From the NCBI GenBank assembly GCA_003693705.1, contig RBZT01000789.1:16880-80879 (forward strand): a stretch of DNA of 64,000 bases. The letters run 5' to 3'. The DNA is from Polymyxa betae A26-41. Its lineage: Eukaryota; Protista; Endomyxa: Phytomyxea. The position numbers and the translations under genes were made by a program. Each line of letters starts with the position of its first letter. Position 1 is the stretch's first letter. Below, one piece after another: positions 62,301-64,000 of the stretch. The notes beneath the pieces are model-generated. The model did no database searches. It saw only the letters and a program-made list of their open reading frames with translations, and had not been told where the DNA came from.

Positions 62301-63230
62301 ACAAATAAAATCGGAAATTTCTTCACAAAAAAAAATAATTCCACAAATCGGCCTCTATTTTGTGGTCAATCTCATCGTATAGAAGCGAAAAATAGAGAGT
62401 TTTGGTAGGTACACCCTCCTCCACCACCGGAATAACGGATGGTTCCGTGCTCATACTGAAATTGTAGGTTTAAGGTGACGGCAACGGTATTTAAAGTTAC
62501 AGAGTCCGTAGATCGAAACCGTCCCGAACTCACGGACTATCAATTTCTTTTCGGAAGAGAACATTGGCGACACTCGTACTCAAGATCGGGAGTCATTCAG
62601 ACTGCAGTATGTCTTTCAGCCGTCGACGGCTGGGAGGCTCCGCAGCCGTCGATCATTCTCTAACTTTCAAATTAAGTGCGTGATTGGTGATCTAGTATTG
62701 AAAGGGCGAGTGGCGACGACTGGACGTTGGCAAACCTCTGGCTGTTTTTAATAGATACTGTGCGATGATAGACTGATTTATTTAGCTCCTTTCAACAATT
62801 CCATCATGCTTGGATATTTCGAACATTTTTATCGGTGCTTGCGGGCGTCCAGAAGCTTTGCAGTCACGACAGCGGGGCCTGATTCCACCTGTCTTGCTCG
62901 GTTTATGTTTGCATGATTTACAACGTCTGCGTATGCATTTTTCACTCTAGAACCTCGTTTTCCCAGACCGCGCTGCTGCGGAAGTACTTGCCCAGCAATT
63001 GGAATTTCCTGAGCATGGGTAAAAGCGACGTCATTGCTGTGAAAGTTTTCTTGCCTTTTGTGAATTCATAATACCTGTTCCTGTCCTTTTGAAAGCAAAA
63101 TCACTTCACGCGCAGACTTGGTATTAGAGGGTGGTTGAAGTGCGGCGGATCGACTTTTCGCGCGTCTCCTTATTGGGTCGTTAATAAGTTGATTGAAATA
63201 AACTACTTATTTCCGTGGATCATCTCTATC

Positions 63231-63821
63231 ATGTCTGCTAACTACGACGATCTTGACCTTCAGCTTTCCTCTTCTGATTCCAGTGATTCTGAATCTGTGC
63301 AGATCATCTCTGATCATCAGCCATTTCCTGCCAATCATTCCCTTCGGCTTGCTTCTGCTCTGCCGATTATCAAGCCAACATTGGCCACAGCTGTCATGCC
63401 TGTGACACGAACGCCAAAAGCTCCTGTCGCCTCCAAGCGTAAGACGCATCCGTCAACGGCATCAGCCAAAAAAGCGAAGAAGCAATTGCTTGCTACTGAA
63501 TCTCCTTCATTAACGGTTAAATCTGAACGAGCCTCTCGGACAACTGAACTCGTCGAGCTTCTAATTGAGAATCGCTGGTCTGAAATAGGAAATATGAAGT
63601 TTACTGAAGCCAAAACAAATTTACAAAAGGGCCAGTACTGGTCCTGGCTATCCGAAAGAATTAACAATCGAGGAAAGACTTCGTTTGATTCGAAACAGAT
63701 CAAAAACCGCATCGACAACCTGAAAACTGAGTACAAACAGGTGATTGGTGCGTTGAAGGCAACCGGCAATGCAAAAACGATCAATTATCCACCATATTGG
63801 CGACTCTGCACTCCCATCTGA
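63231..63821 (+). CDS. Myb/SANT-like DNA-binding protein (Harbinger-associated type), probably continues past an intron or is truncated
   Basis: TELVELLIENRW...YWSWLSERIN...FDSKQIKNRIDNLKTEYK..KATGN..YPPYW. Confidence 0.65.
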   Translation: MSANYDDLDLQLSSSDSSDSESVQIISDHQPFPANHSLRLASALPIIKPTLATAVMPVTRTPKAPVASKRKTHPSTASAKKAKKQLLATESPSLTVKSERASRTTELVELLIENRWSEIGNMKFTEAKTNLQKGQYWSWLSERINNRGKTSFDSKQIKNRIDNLKTEYKQVIGALKATGNAKTINYPPYWRLCTPI

Positions 63822-64000
63822 AAGTGACGCTTCCGTTATGTTGACAAAGATCTATTGGTTAATGACAGTTGCCTGTAGGCTGTTTCAGGTTTTGCAGCCT
63901 AACGCGATTACCGAATCTGTCGCTTTGAAGTCAGTTTGATGTGAAATCGTCTTCTGATGATGGTGTCCAGGCCGTGCCTGTCAGGCTTTCTGGAAATAGA

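Noticed and set aside
62623-62695. GC hairpin plus CTAG as a Helitron 3' end
   Set aside because: CTAG is ~40 nt from the hairpin, too far for a typical Helitron end, and there is no Rep/Hel remnant

Overview
Compact eukaryotic (protist) DNA with many short (~45-60 nt) spliceosomal introns and tight gene spacing. The gene content (flagellar STPG2/SHIPPO-repeat protein, DUF3228, many intronless secreted proteins, TTT(T)AGGG motifs) fits a zoosporic parasite such as a phytomyxid/plasmodiophorid, but this taxonomy is inference only. From 1 to ~51 kb the window is gene-dense. It holds a bromodomain protein, a permuted NlpC/P60 protein, a BC-box LRR protein, RBM5/10, a pseudo-lipase, F-box+TBC, IPI1/TEX10, RPS5, ABHD17, a peroxisomal bifunctional enzyme, MPDU1, ZNF511, tRNA-Leu(TAG), STPG2, a tandem-SET protein, a DOMON-cytochrome b561 protein, GT34, a zinc-ribbon protein, a beta-trefoil protein and DUF3228. 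From ~51 to 64 kb it is a graveyard of decayed elements (PIF/Harbinger, Ty1/copia, Ty3/gypsy, Tc1/mariner-like), including a nested insertion with an exact 5-bp target-site duplication. The most interesting signals are three secreted-protein loci. (1) Four tandem intronless genes (10.0-12.6 kb) encode a symmetric 4+4 CxxxC cysteine hairpin whose central loop varies from 8 to ~64 aa. (2) A divergently transcribed neighbour encodes a signal peptide, acidic-aromatic tracts and a bipartite NLS. (3) Three tandem Pro/Thr-rich secreted genes (29.5-33.0 kb) share a 16-17 bp upstream motif. Exon boundaries were read by eye and are approximate unless stated.
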